A stretch of 45,944 nucleotides of DNA from Chiloscyllium plagiosum (GCF_004010195.1 NC_057752.1:160956-206899); one strand, 5' to 3'; counted from the stretch's first letter, positions 1 through 12,005 are shown. The notes: a model not told the origin generated them from the sequence alone. Translations and numbers: made by a program.

Positions 1-1422
1 TGGCTAACGTGGTGCCACTATTTAAGAAAGGTGGTAAGGATAAGCCAGGGAACTATAGACAAGTGAGCCTGATGTTGGTGGTGGGCAAGTTGTTGGAGGG
101 AATCCTGAGGGACAGGATGTACATGTATTTGGAAGCACAAGGACTGATTAGGGATAATCACCATAGCTTTGTGCATGGGAAATCATATCTCACAAACTTG
201 ATTGAGTTTTTTGAAGAAGTAAGAAGGAAGATTGATGAGGGCAGAGCAGTGGACGTGATCTATATGGATTTCAGTAAGGCATTAGACAAGATTCCCCATG
301 GGAGACTGGTTAGCAAGGTTAGATCTCATGGAATACTGGGAGAACTAGCCATTTGGACACAGAACTGGCTCGAAGGTAGAAGACAGAGGGTGGTGGTGGA
401 GGGTTGTTTTTCAAACTGGATGCCTGTGACCGGTGGTGTGCCACAAGGATTGATACTAGGTCCAATACTTTTCGTCATTTATATAAATGATTTGGATGTG
501 AACATAGGATGTATAGTTAGTAAATTTGCAGATGACACCAACATTGGAGGTGTCGTTCACAGCGAAGAAGGTTATCTCAGAGTACAATGGGATCTTGATC
601 TGATGGGCCAATGGGCTGAGAAGTGGCAGATGGAGTTTAATTTAGATAAATGTGAGGTGCTGCATTTTGGAAAAGCAAATCAGAGCAGGACGTATACACG
701 TAATGGTAAGGTCCTAGGGAGTGTTGCTGAATAAAGAGACCTTGGAGTGCAGGTTCATAGTTCATTGAAAGTAGAGTCTCAGGTAGATAGGATAGTGAAG
801 AAGGCGTTTGGCATGCTTTCCTTTATTGGTATTGAGTACAGGAGTTGGAAGTCATATTGCGGCTGTTCAGGAATTTGGTTAGGCCACTTGTGGAATATTG
901 TGGAATTATTGTGGAATAGTTCTAGTCTATCCAATTGGAAAGATGTTATGAAACTTGAAATGATTCAGAAAAGATTTACAAGGACGTTGCCAGGGCTGGA
1001 GGATTTGAGCTATAGAGAGAGGCTGAATAGGCTGGGGCTGTTTTCCCTGGAGCATCGGAGGCTCAGGGGTGACCTTATAGAAGTTTATAAAATCATGAGG
1101 GGCATGGATAAGATAAATAGACAATGTCTTTTCCCTGGGGTGATGGAGTCCAGAGATAGAGGGCATAGGTTTAGAGTGAGAGGGGAAAGATATAAAAGGG
1201 ACCTAAGGGGCAACTTTTTCACACAGAGGGTGGTGAATGTCTGAAATGACCTGCCAGAGAAAGTGGTGAAGGCATCTGGATGGGTATATGAATAGGAAGG
1301 GTTTAGAGGGGTATGGGCCAAGTGCTGGCAAATATTAGGTTGGGATATCTGGTTGGCATGGATGAGTTGAACAGAAGGGTCTGTTTCCATGCTGTACATC
1401 TCTATATCTCTCTCTGACTCTA
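1..1422 (+). mobile_element. CR1-clade LINE, RT region plus 3' end (degenerate, truncated at window start)
   Basis: ORFs 9-734 and 747-1244 carry CR1 RT motifs (YMDFSKALD, GVPQG, FADD, LRGDLIEVYKI). Stops and frameshifts are present, followed by the typical 3' UTR (gggtctgtttccatgctgtacatctctat). Confidence 0.95.
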
Positions 1423-1423
1423 T

Positions 1424-2156
1424 TACACACACACATACACCCCCCCCCCCCCACACTCACACCAACGCACACACCCTCTCACAGGTGCATATTCCATCAC
1501 ACACACAGTTTACCAAGCATACACACATGGTAACACACACTTTCTCATGCGTACTGACACTCATGCACACACTCACTCTCTCTCTTTCTCATGCAGCCAC
1601 GCACACATATAAGTCTCTGGGGTGAATTTGCATTTGCAGAATTATATTTTCAGATACAATCTATTTTGCTCAAAAAGCACACAGTCTGCTGACAGTCAAT
1701 GCAGGCAGTCAATCCATGTAATATTTTATAAATTCCTACTTTGGAAATAGAACAAGTCTGACTCAAGATTGGGCTACAGACAGACTCTAACCACACACCT
1801 TTAATGCATTGTCTGTGCTGAGATGTCTCTTTTTTTAAATAAAACTTTAAGTTATCTCGAGAATGTGACTTAAAAGAAGTTCTGGGATTTACATATTAAT
1901 GAACCAAAACCTTCAACCCATTCTAAAAGATGAAAGACTTTACAGCAATCTACGTTTGTTCAATATATCTCTTCAGTTGCATGACACTGTAATCTTTTGC
2001 TTTCAATTGTGTCTTATGATCCTCTTCCAAAGCTACCTGATGAGGGAGCAGCGCTCTGAAAGCTCGTACTCCCAAATAAACCTGTTGGACTCTCACCTGG
2101 TGTTGTGTGATTTTTAACTTTGTCCACCCCATTCCAACACCGGCACCTCCACATCA
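1424..2156 (+). mobile_element. Penelope-like element terminal region (CA-rich tract plus pLTR-like end with hammerhead-like core)
   Basis: Reverse-complement relative of 6414-7030. CTGATGA-GGGAGCAGCGCTCT-GAAA at about 2037-2061; ends aataaacctgttggac...ggcacctccacatca. Confidence 0.75.
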
Positions 2157-3884
2157 TATTTAAAGGGGGGGCAGTGTCTTCCTGATAAAAGTAGCTGGCA
2201 AACTTTATTTTGATTGGGATCTGACAAATAGTGTAGGGTATACTGAACAGACCTGGGCTCCAGTGAGAGCAGTGTTCAAAGACTGCTCATGTTTGCAGTG
2301 GAGCCATGACATTTCAGCACAAATTTTTGATTCAGTCCCTTTGATAAAAGCAGTATGGGATTGATTAACATATCCTTGTATCATTTCTGTTTCTTCTGTA
2401 AGTGAATTGATATGATTTATCTCATTGATGAAGGACAGAAAGTGCTAACATGTATTTAAATAACACTTTTCACATCTCCAGGATGTCTGAAAAAGCTTCA
2501 CACCCAATTGAAAGCTTTTAAAGTATGGTGACTGTTGGCAAACGTGGCAACCAATTTGTACATAGCATGATCCCATGAACAGTAAATGAAATAAATGAGC
2601 AATCAATCTATTTTGCTTCAGTTCCTTTAGGGAGATATACAGTATTGACCATGAGCAATGCAGAAACTCTCTGATATTCAACTCATACCAAAAGAACTCT
2701 TACTTCCTGAACTGCTAATTGGTGAAGAGACATGGGTTTAATTGGTGGAGAAATCAGACTAGAACAGTACACAGCCATTTTCACCTGATGTTATGATTTT
2801 CACCCAGTTAATTTTGATTTAGAGCAATAGATGCAGTATCAGTCTGTTATATATCCATCCTCATTTTCATTTGCATTGACAGGATGACAATATTTAGCGG
2901 TGATGCCCCAGACACATTGTTTGAAAATTGATAAAGATTTTTTTTCAGAAATAAAGAGGAAGGCAAATACTCAGAGGAAAGGAAAATGCAGACCAAAGAA
3001 AATCCTCCCCCATAGACCCTAGCCATCAGCTTGACAACCCATTTGTTAGATTGTCAGCATTTCACAAGGATCACAAATTTTATCATGAACTTTGAAAGCC
3101 AACAGTCCAGACACAGATATTAATATGTAATGTGGAATTAATCAGAGCAGAATTTCGGAGAATTACAGATAACACACCTACAGAATAAAGTTCATCACTC
3201 CCACATACCAAAAGTTAATATGGACATACAAAGGTGGCAAATACACAACTCAATAGCTTAGCTCAAAAAAAACAAAGTTGTATAAGTTATAAAAATTGCA
3301 AACCATTAGTATACAGTATTAGATTAATTGGATAAATTAAAGTCTGATTATGTCATGTTGCTAACCTGTTTGCATTCTAGAGAGCTACACCCTTAATTAA
3401 TCTTTCAAATCATACATTAATTTGTGAAATTTCATGTACCTAGATCTCAATAATAAATAATAACAATAATGTATAACAAGATCAACTCATTTAAGGTTGA
3501 ATCACTACATGTATAAGCTTTTTAGTTCATTTTATTAGTTAACCCTGTCTACAATAATATCAATTAACAGCAGTTTACATGTTGAATATTTAAGTTTAAA
3601 TATTGCTAATCATACTTTTGAATTTAATAAATAATTGTTAATGCAGTGATTTATATAACTTCTCTTGCTATTATCTAGTTAAAAAAACTGATTTATTAAT
3701 TCAATCAATCACTCGTCCTAATTTATGCATGATTGCTTTGGTAATGGTTACTTCTACCCATGGTGAGTGGTGCAAGAGGATTTGGCAAGGTCAAACTCAG
3801 CATCATTATCTCCAAGATGTAGATTGACCTATAAGCCCCACAGTTTCTATGTGAATTACTGTGAAAGGGTTAAGGATTTGCCAT

Positions 3885-4960
3885 AGAAGACAGGGGGGTG
3901 GTGGTGGAGGGTTGTTTTTCAGACTGGAGGCCTGTGACCAGTGGAGGGCTACAAGGATCGGTGCTGGGTCCACTACTTTCTGTCATTTATATAAATGATT
4001 TAGATGTGAGCATAGGAGGTATAGTTCATAAGTTTGCAGAGGACACCAAAATTGGAGATGTAGTGCACAGTGGGATCTTGATCAGATGGGTCAATGGACT
4101 CAGGACTGGCAGACGCTTTTAATTTAGATAAATGTGAGTTGCTGCATTTTGGAAAAGCAAAGCAGAGCAGGACTTATACACTTAATGGTGAGGTGCTAAG
4201 GAGTGTTACTGAACAAATAGACCTTGGAATGCAGGTTCATAGCTCCTTGAAAGTAGAGTCGCAGGTAGACAGGATAGTGAAGAAGGTGTATGGTATGTTT
4301 TCCTTTATTGGTCAGAGCATTGAGTATAGGAATTGGGAGGTCATGTTGTGGCTGTGCAGGACATTGGTTAGGCCACTTTTGGAATATTGCATGCAGTTCT
4401 GATCTCCTTCCTATCAGAAGGATGTTGTGAAACTTGAAAGGGTTCAGAAGAAATTTGCAAGAATGTTGCCAGTTTTGGAGGATTTGAGCTATAGGGAGAG
4501 GCTGAATAGGCTGTTTTCCCTGGAGCATCGGAGGCTCAGGGGTGACCTTATTGAGGTTTATAAAATCGTGAGGGGCATGGATAGGATAGACAAAATTGGA
4601 TTATGTCATGTTGCTAACCTGTTTGCATTCTAGGGAGCTACACCCTCACTCTCTATGGGGTGGGGGAGTCCAAAACTAGAGGGCATAGGTTTAGGGTGAG
4701 GGGGGAAAGATATAAAAGGGGCCTAAGGGGCACCTTTTTCATGCAGAGGGTGGTGCATGTGTGGAATGAGCTGCCAGAGGAAGTGGTGGAGGCTGGTACA
4801 ATTCCAGCATTTAAAAGGCATCTGGATGGCTATATGAATAGGGAGGGTTTGAAGCTGGCAAATGGAACTAGATTAGGTTAGGACATCTGGTCGGCGTGGA
4901 CAGGTTGGACCAAAGGGTCTGTTTCCATGCTGTTCATCTTTATGATCCCATGATTCCTTA
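3885..4960 (+). mobile_element. 5'-truncated CR1 LINE
   Basis: RT fragments 3898-4881 closely similar to the copy at 1-1422; 3' tail gtttccatgctgttcatctttatgat. Confidence 0.93.
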
Positions 4961-5039
4961 ACATCTATTTGTCAGATTGTCAACTGCAGAATTCTTACAA
5001 CTTGCAATATAAAGGTTCATCATAACCCAGGCTCATCGA

Positions 5040-5380
5040 CTCATAGACACGTACACACTGAAAAAGATCATCAGCCCCATCATGTTGGCACTGATTAACA
5101 AAGGTCTGCCTACACTAATACCATTTTTCAGCTTTTGGACCATAACCCTCGAGGTTATGGCAACAGAAGTGAATCTCTACATATTGCTGAAATGTTACAA
5201 GAATTTCTGACTCAACCACCTTTTCAGGCGGTGAATTCCAGACTTCTACCACCCTCTGAGTGAAAAATAAACTCCTCAAATTTACCTCTTCTCTTAAATC
5301 TATGCCTCTTAGTTATTTACCCCTATACTAATGGAGAATATGTCTTTCTATCCACCCTATTTATACTCTTTATAATCTTA
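5040..5380 (-). mobile_element. Old CR1 3' fragment
   Basis: Reverse complement resembles a CR1 3' end (attataaagagtataaatagggtggataga...tcactcagagggtggtag). Confidence 0.6.
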
Positions 5381-6413
5381 TACAGTTCCTTTTTTTGCAA
5401 CCCCCCCTGTGTGTTTGGAGGCAGTGATTTCATTTAATTGTGCAGAGGGAGCTGTTGACATGTGAAGCAACTCATGCCCAATTAATGGCCTCTTCCCACC
5501 ACTGGTATTAACCCAGCATATGGCCTGTTGCCATGTGGGATGCGTAACATGTAAACCTGTGTGAGTTGCTTGAGTTTCTGCCTGGAGGGGAGGAGGGAGA
5601 GATCCCTTGTTCAAAGGCACTCAGTATTAAGGGATGCAACATTGGCAAGGGAGACCATCAACCCCCCTTCTCTTGCTGCTGACCCCTATAAACTCCTCCC
5701 CCTGTGATCCCCACCCTATGAAACCCCTCCTGTCATCACTTTCTTGACCCTGGGTCTCTGCTGTCATTCTTTAGCAGTCACCATTCTCCCAATGATGCTG
5801 CTGAGCAAATTGGCCAGTAGCTCTTGGTAGGTGGGACATTCTTCCCCTGGAGTCCTGATTCTGTGGAAACCCACTAGTGGCTTGTAATTCCGTGGGCCTA
5901 CCCCAAAGGGGGCAATGCGAGCCTCTTCACACCTCTCCTGCCAGAGGACAAAAACCATTAAACTCCATACAATTCTCCTATGTCTCTATTTGTAAAGGTC
6001 ACAATGCCTTCTGACCTGCAACCTTTAACGGTTTGTGGATATTTATCCCTAGGTCTTTTTGTTCCTGCACATCTATTAGAATTGCATATATTTTTATCAG
6101 TTTGGTCAGTCATGTGACACAGGTCTGGGGTAGGTGGAATTTGAATGCAAACCTTCTGGCCCAGAGGTAGAGACAATAGCACTGCACCTCAAGAGTACTC
6201 CATTTAGAATTGTATCCTTTATATGATATTGCCTCTCCTCATTCTTCCCAGCAAAATTAATTACTTCACGTTTCTATGCATTAAATTTAATCTGCCACAG
6301 GTGTGCCCATTCCACCAACCTCTATCCTCTTGAATTCTATCACTATCCTTCTCACAGTTCATAATACTCCATGTTTTGAGTCAGTTCCAGATTTTGAAAG
6401 TGTCCTGCACTCT

Positions 6414-7312
6414 TGATTTGGAGGTGCCAGTGTTAGACTGGGGTATACAAAGTTAAAAATCACACAATACCCAGTTATAGTCCAACAGGTTTATTTGGAA
6501 GCACTAGCTTTCAGAGCCCTGCTCCTTCATCAGGTGGTTGTGGAGTATAAGATCATAAGACACAGAATTCATAGCAGAAGTTTACTGAAATTATATATTG
6601 AAAAAGAGCTGGATTGTGTGTTAAGTCTCTCATCTTTTAGAATGACCATGTTGGTTTCAGGTCTTTCATATATAAATCCCAGAACTTTTTTTTTAAAGTT
6701 ACACTCTCAAGTGAACTTTAACAATTGATGCCATGTCAGTTCAGATAATGCATTGAAGGTGTGATGAGCCCTGTGTGAGGCTAGCTGCGCCCATGTTCAG
6801 ACTGATTCTATTTCCAAAAAAAAGATTTACAGAATCTTACATTGATTCATGTAGTTTTTGAGCAAAATAAAATGTAATTCTGCAAGTACAAATTCACCCC
6901 ACAAACTTAAAGAGAGAGCTTGTGTATGAGAGGGTCTGTGTGAGTGTATGGGTCTGTATGAGTGTGTGTGAGAGAGAGAGCGTGTGTGAGAGAGAGCGTG
7001 TGTAGTGCAGTGGGGTTACCTGTAGTGTGACATGAACCCAAGGTCCCGGTTAAGGCCATCCCTATGGGTACTGAACTTGCCTATCAGCCTCTGCTCGGCC
7101 ACTTTGTGTTGTTGCTTGTCCCGAAGTCTGCCTTGGAGGATGGTCACCTGAAGTCCTGAGGTCGAATGTCCCGGACCACTGAAGTGTTCCCCACCTGGGA
7201 GGGAACACTCCTGTCAGGTGATTGTTGTGCGGTGTCCATTCACCCATTGCCAGACCCTCTGTTCAGTCTCACCAATGTACCATTCCTCAGGGCATTCTTG
7301 TCTGCAGCGTAT
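6414..7312 (-). mobile_element. Penelope-like element 3' part with GIY-YIG endonuclease remnant
   Basis: Minus-strand translation of about 7034-7312 gives IRCRQECPEEWYIGETEQR...HFSGPGHS...AEQRLIGKFSTHRDGLNRDLG, with WYIGET at 7265-7282 and one internal stop. It is followed by a CA-rich tract and a pLTR-like end. Confidence 0.85.
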
Positions 7313-7673
7313 TCTTGTCATTCATGTATATGCATGGTGTCGTTGTTACATTTATTTAGGGGATTCAAGTTTGTTGATAAACCTGTTGTGTGGCACTTTA
7401 TCAAACACTTGTTGGAAGTCCATGTAGGCAAATCAAACGAATTACCCTACCAACTTTTTCTGTTACCTCATGGTCTTAATTAATCCACATTTGCCCGGGT
7501 GACAGTTAACTTTGTCCCAAATTATGTTTGATAAAAGCTTTTCCGCCACCGAGGTGAAACTATCTGGTTCCTTTCGAATCGAGGATTCCGTAGTGGAAAC
7601 TGTTTTATGTATGCGAAAAACGAGCCTTACCCTATGTCCAGTATTCTGGTTGGACAGGTAATCTGGCCGAGGT

Positions 7674-7747
7674 ATTTGCATTGAATCACTCTTCCTCTCT
7701 TCGGATTTTAAGTGGGAAATCCCGCTCTAACACCAAACCCTATAAAG
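7674..7747 (+). promoter_or_regulatory. Proximal promoter of the IL23A-like gene
   Basis: Octamer ATTTGCAT 7674-7681; AP-1-like TGAATCA 7682-7688; Ets/PU.1-like CTTCCTC 7691-7697; NF-kB GGGAAATCCC 7714-7723; TATAAAG 7741-7747, 90 nt upstream of the ATG at 7831. Confidence 0.8.
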
Positions 7748-7830
7748 GCATGACTTGTTGTGTCTTGTAGTCGATTGTGCTTGACAGTCTGCTGTACATC
7801 AGTGCTGAGCTGCTACATTTTCAGTGAGCC

Positions 7831-7983
7831 ATGAAAAAATGTGGCGAGTTGCTGACGCTCATCTTGCTGCTCAATGTGGCTGGGATCACGAGCTCAGTCC
7901 CCGATCAACTGTCCAGTTGGACATCCTGTCGAATTCTTTCCAGGAACCTCACTTCCAAGGCTTTTAACTACATGCATGGATGG
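7831..7983 (+). CDS. IL23A: Interleukin-23 subunit alpha (p19)-like, coding exon 1 (signal peptide plus helix A)
   Basis: Kozak-like gagccATG. Translates to MKKCGELLTLILLLNVAGITSSVPDQLSSWTSCRILSRNLTSKAFNYMHGW: a hydrophobic signal peptide and a WxxCxxLSxxL motif like human p19 WTQCQQLSQKL. Donor GTAAGT at 7984, phase 0. Confidence 0.85.
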
Positions 7984-9228
7984 GTAAGTCACTGCAAAAG
8001 TTTATTTTAAAACTTTCCCAGTTTATTTAACTGTAATCCAATGATTAAAAAAAAGCTATGAACTCTGCAAATGCCTTTTATTCTAAGGCAGGTAGCTCCA
8101 AGTAAAGTATTGACATTATAAGAATTAAATATTGTAAAATTAGCTTGTAAAAGAAATCTACACAGCATTTTGAAAAGCCGAATTGTTTTGGACAGGGACT
8201 GAATCTATAAAAAGATCACATTCTGTAAATAATTCGGTGCAAATATTTTATCATTATTTTAACGCAATCTAGTTTCTTTATATCTTTAGTTTGTGAGTAG
8301 TAATTTATATTAGAGCGAATATTAACGAAATGTTGGACAAACATCAAAATAAAAGCAGGTTGAAGCTCTAAGTGCAGTTTGAAGAAAATGAGAACCAACA
8401 GAAGTATAAAGGCTCTCAAACCTTTGAATTATGGATATTGCATAAAGGAGTCGATAGTGATTCACGAAAACCTTCATTTACAGTAGAGCTGAGGCTGGGA
8501 TTCCCTGTGTATAGACTTTTGCATGTGAGGAGGGAGCCAAGAAAATTCGAATTTGAATATTTCTGAAAGACAGACATGTTGCAAAGCTCGTCGCGCACTT
8601 CTCTGGTTACAGGCAAGACTGCCACATTTCAGACCATCACACCAAATACAGTACACAATAGGAGACACGGCAAAGTCTTGGTCTGTCAGAGGGCTTATCA
8701 ACCGATCAGCACCCTTTTCGAAAAGCTTTGGCAACGTGTCTTTCTTTTCAGCAAAATTCTTATATTAAATATCCAGTAGACAAGATTATTAATGGGAGAA
8801 TTAGGGAAACATGTTCCTCCGATAGTATAGAATAAGCCGTTTCTTACAGGTGGTAACTGTACGATTCAAAATAATTCATATTTTCAGAAATATTTTCTGG
8901 TAAGCACAAACCCTGACTCTTTTGTATCAAATTCCAGCTACAATTATGCTCAGTAGTGTAAGTTTTAGTAATGTATAATTAATATAAAAGTACACATCAG
9001 AAAATAATGATCAAGTATTGGGCCAAACAATTTCACATCCTAATTCTTGAATCTTCGAATGATTGGTTCCATGGATAAGTGTACCAGTAGTTTGGTACCG
9101 AGTCCTGGATTTACCAGGAAGCACCTAGATTCCCCCATCATCCTGGACTGAGTTAGCCGGTATCCGATGTTGTGACACTTACTTCCAGGTAGTAGTGGCA
9201 CAACTCAGCCGAACATTTTCAATTTAAT

Positions 9229-9386
9229 ACAGAAGTTACTGGAGAAACTCAGCAGGACTGATAAAGAGTCACCGGAACCGAAACATTAACTCTGCTTTCC
9301 CTCCATAGATGCTGCCAGACCTGCTGAGTTCCTCTAGCCATTTCTGTTTTTGTTTTAGATCTCCAAAATCCGCAGTTCTTTGCTCT
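9229..9386 (+). mobile_element. Short Penelope-derived insertion with partial inversion, intron 1
   Basis: TSD attttcaatttaat 9215-9228 / attttcaattcaat 9387-9400. Degenerate hammerhead-like ctgataaa...cgaaacatt; inverted aactcagcagg/cctgctgagtt. Confidence 0.7.
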
Positions 9387-9466
9387 ATTTTCAATTCAAT
9401 GTCGCGTCCTTTTAAAGATATAGGTTAGAATTAATTTAGCCCCGTGTACAATTACACTAAGAACCA

Positions 9467-9605
9467 TGATGTGGAGGTGCCGACGTTGGACCGGGATGGG
9501 CAAAGTTAAAAATCACGACAACTACCTGATGAGGGAGCAGCGCTCCGAAAGCTAGTACTTTCAAATAAACCTGTTCGACTATAACCTGGTGTTGTGTGAT
9601 GTTTA
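9467..9605 (+). mobile_element. Short Penelope-derived insertion with inverted end, intron 1
   Basis: TSD actaagaacca 9456-9466 / 9606-9616. Contains CTGATGA-G-GGAGC-AGC-GCTCC-GAAA; same family as 1424-2156 and 6414-7312. Confidence 0.8.
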
Positions 9606-10612
9606 ACTAAGAACCACGGATGAGGAAATCCTTAATTTTTGGAATCCTGTGCGGGATGGGAAATTGAATAAATTTTAGCTACCTAGAGAGGTTAGTAAGA
9701 GTTGGCAGATCAGGTCGCGCCTGTGGAAAAAAAATAGAATAAACGTTTTGGGTCGATGGTATTTCATCATCATTATCTCCGCCTTTTTTGTTCGTATTTC
9801 CTTTCACATCACCTTGACTCACGTTAAAGTGAATGAGAAATTGAATTCCGTCAACAGGCCCGCAAGATTTAAAGTCGTCTCATCGCCTAACTGCAGGGAC
9901 GCTGAGGAAATGCCAAAAGGAGTACTGCCTCTTGGTGAATAATTATTCGCTGTAATAGTAAAGAGGCATCTCTGGACTTCTCATGAAAGGAGTTGGTTAG
10001 AAAGAAATATTCTGTGCAGTTGTTGTCATCCCCTCCCTCAAATTGAATAACTGTTGGCGATAATTTACATTCTACAAACGACTGTTAGAAGTACACCGTT
10101 TAATAGTTCCATACTCTCACCCATCCACACCATTCCCCGAATCCCAAATGCTGGCTCGAGCGCACTGTCCACAAACACACAGGCCAATGGAGAAATAAAC
10201 CGTGGGTCATCGTGTTTGGCCGGAATTTAACAGGCGACAAGTTCTTGTGTTGCGTCAGCTAAAGTTGTTTAATGAGGTGGTAACTGTCACGAAGGCGAAC
10301 CTGGCACACGAACATTGCACAGTCAAACTTCCAGTTGTAAAAAAAAGTCAGAACTTCACAGAGACATTCATCTTTATAAAAATAAATTTCACAATTCAAT
10401 TGTGAAAGGATTATTTTCCACAAATGTCAACTATTGAACCTATTACTGTCCCGGAGAATGCAGAAACAAAATACAGTTTGTACAGAAGGCGCAGGTAAAT
10501 GGGGTCGAATGCATTGCATCAACATGTGTTTGCACAACAGGAAATGAGACACGTCAATGATCGTAATTTAAAAAAAAAATTCCACCTCATGTTCTCTTGG
10601 TCTTTAGCAACA

Positions 10613-10869
10613 CACCCTCTCCTCCCTGACCTATCACCTTCATCTCCTCCCCCACTCACCCATTGTACTCTATGCTACTTTCTCCCCACCCCCACCCTCC
10701 TCTAGCTTATCTCTCCACGCTTCAGGCTCTCTGCCTTTATTCCTGATGAAGGGCTTTTGCCCGAAACGTCGATTTTGCTGAAGCTCCTCGATGCTGCCTG
10801 AACTGCTGTGCTCTTCCAGCACCATTGATCCAGAATCTGGTTTCCAGCATCTGCAGTCATTGTTTTTAC
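10613..10869 (+). mobile_element. Penelope-like 3' end fragment, intron 1
   Basis: Closely matches the reverse complement of about 18633-18850. TSD ctttagcaaca 10602-10612 / ctttcgcaaca 10870-10880. Confidence 0.85.
10741..10772 (+). ncRNA. Minimal hammerhead ribozyme motif (PLE type)
   Basis: UC-CUGAUGA-A-GGGC-UUUU-GCCC-GAAACGUC-GA: intact core, 4-bp stem II, palindromic ACGU stem III, 2-bp stem I. Confidence 0.65.
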
Positions 10870-11294
10870 CTTTCGCAACAGTTGACTGTCACAGACTAGC
10901 ATGGCACTTAAACCTTTGCTGTGCCATAGTTGATCATGTGATACCTGTTCCTGGCTTTATACATCCAGCGTCCAATTTCAATCGGCTGGAGGATGCGCCT
11001 GGCGAACATAGGGAAGTTCCCGGTTCAAACTTTGGCATGTGCTGAATTCTGCTGGGGTTGTGTTCTGCTGGGAATGCTGCGTGTAGTCTAGTAAGAAAAA
11101 ATAGGGGAACGCGGCACCTGTATCAATAGGATCAGGATTGCAGCGGTGGACAGATTTTTTGGGAATGAGTAACGAGGGCATCAAGACACCGCAGTATGGC
11201 ATAAAATGGCTGTCAAACGAAAATTGGTGAAGTTAAAATATGATAATGTGTTAAAGCTATTTATATAATGATCCGACCATGATTTTCTGTACAG

Positions 11295-11396
11295 GAGCAT
11301 TGCCCGAGAAATTTTAAATTGAATGACAGTGAGGACATCCCACGTATCGAAGTCAGTGATAACTGTGACCCCATCACACTCAGGACAGTTCCAGAG
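11295..11396 (+). CDS. IL23A: IL-23 p19-like coding exon 2
   Basis: Acceptor ttttctgtacAG, donor GTAAGC, 102 nt, phase 0/0. EHCPRNFKLNDSEDIPRIEVSDNCDPITLRTVPE aligns with human DVPHIQCGDGCDPQGLR. Confidence 0.9.
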
Positions 11397-11647
11397 GTAA
11401 GCAGTCGCTGACAATGTATGGCAACTCAGTGGTTCTGTTGCTGGATGAATAATGCATCAGAAAGTGTCATCAAAACCCGCTTTGGCAGTTTGAGAACTTT
11501 TAAAAAGCTGGTATCAGTAAAAGTGACTGTTGGATTGTCCTTAAACTCAATATGCTTTATGAAAGGAAACTTCTCTTAATTTACAGACCCACCGCACCAT
11601 CCCCCCCCACCCTATAATAAATGACACTTCCCATGAGTGACATTTTT

Positions 11648-11770
11648 CGACTGTGGGAAGAAACCCACACAGACACGGGGAGTACGTGCAAACTTCACGC
11701 GGACAATCGCCGAAGATCCCTGGCGCTGTGAGGCAGTAGTCCCAATCACTAAAGCACCGGGCCACACCGG
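11648..11770 (-). mobile_element. Degenerate HE1/V-SINE fragment, intron 2
   Basis: gactgtgggaagaaacccacacagacacggggag...tgcaaac...ctggcgctgtgaggcag matches the SINE at 20465-20772. Confidence 0.75.
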
Positions 11771-11864
11771 TAGGCTTGTGTAGTGTGCTCTGATGAATGT
11801 TAGATGAAGGCAACGTTAGGTGTTGTGGTTGTGATGCTGTTCAGCCATGTGACCGACCAATAAA

Positions 11865-12005
11865 ACCCGAAAGAACTGAGGATGCTGTAAATCAGAAACA
11901 AAAATAAAAATTGGTTCTGAGGAAGGGTCACCGGACCCGAAACGTTAACTCTGATTTCTCTTCACAGGTGGTGCCAGAGCTGCTGAGCTTTTCCAGCAAT
12001 TTCAG
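11865..12005 (+). mobile_element. Short Penelope-derived insertion, intron 2
   Basis: Same family as 9229-9386; contains a hammerhead motif. Confidence 0.7.
11913..11950 (+). ncRNA. Minimal hammerhead ribozyme motif (PLE type)
   Basis: GGUU-CUGAGGA-A-GGGUC-ACCG-GACCC-GAAACGUU-AACU: stem I GGUU/AACU, 5-bp stem II, palindromic stem III, GUU cleavage triplet. Confidence 0.7.

Noticed and set aside
8216..8779. Cluster of short overlapping ORFs
   Set aside because: They lie in intron 1, show no recognisable motif, and are not needed for the spliced reading frame.
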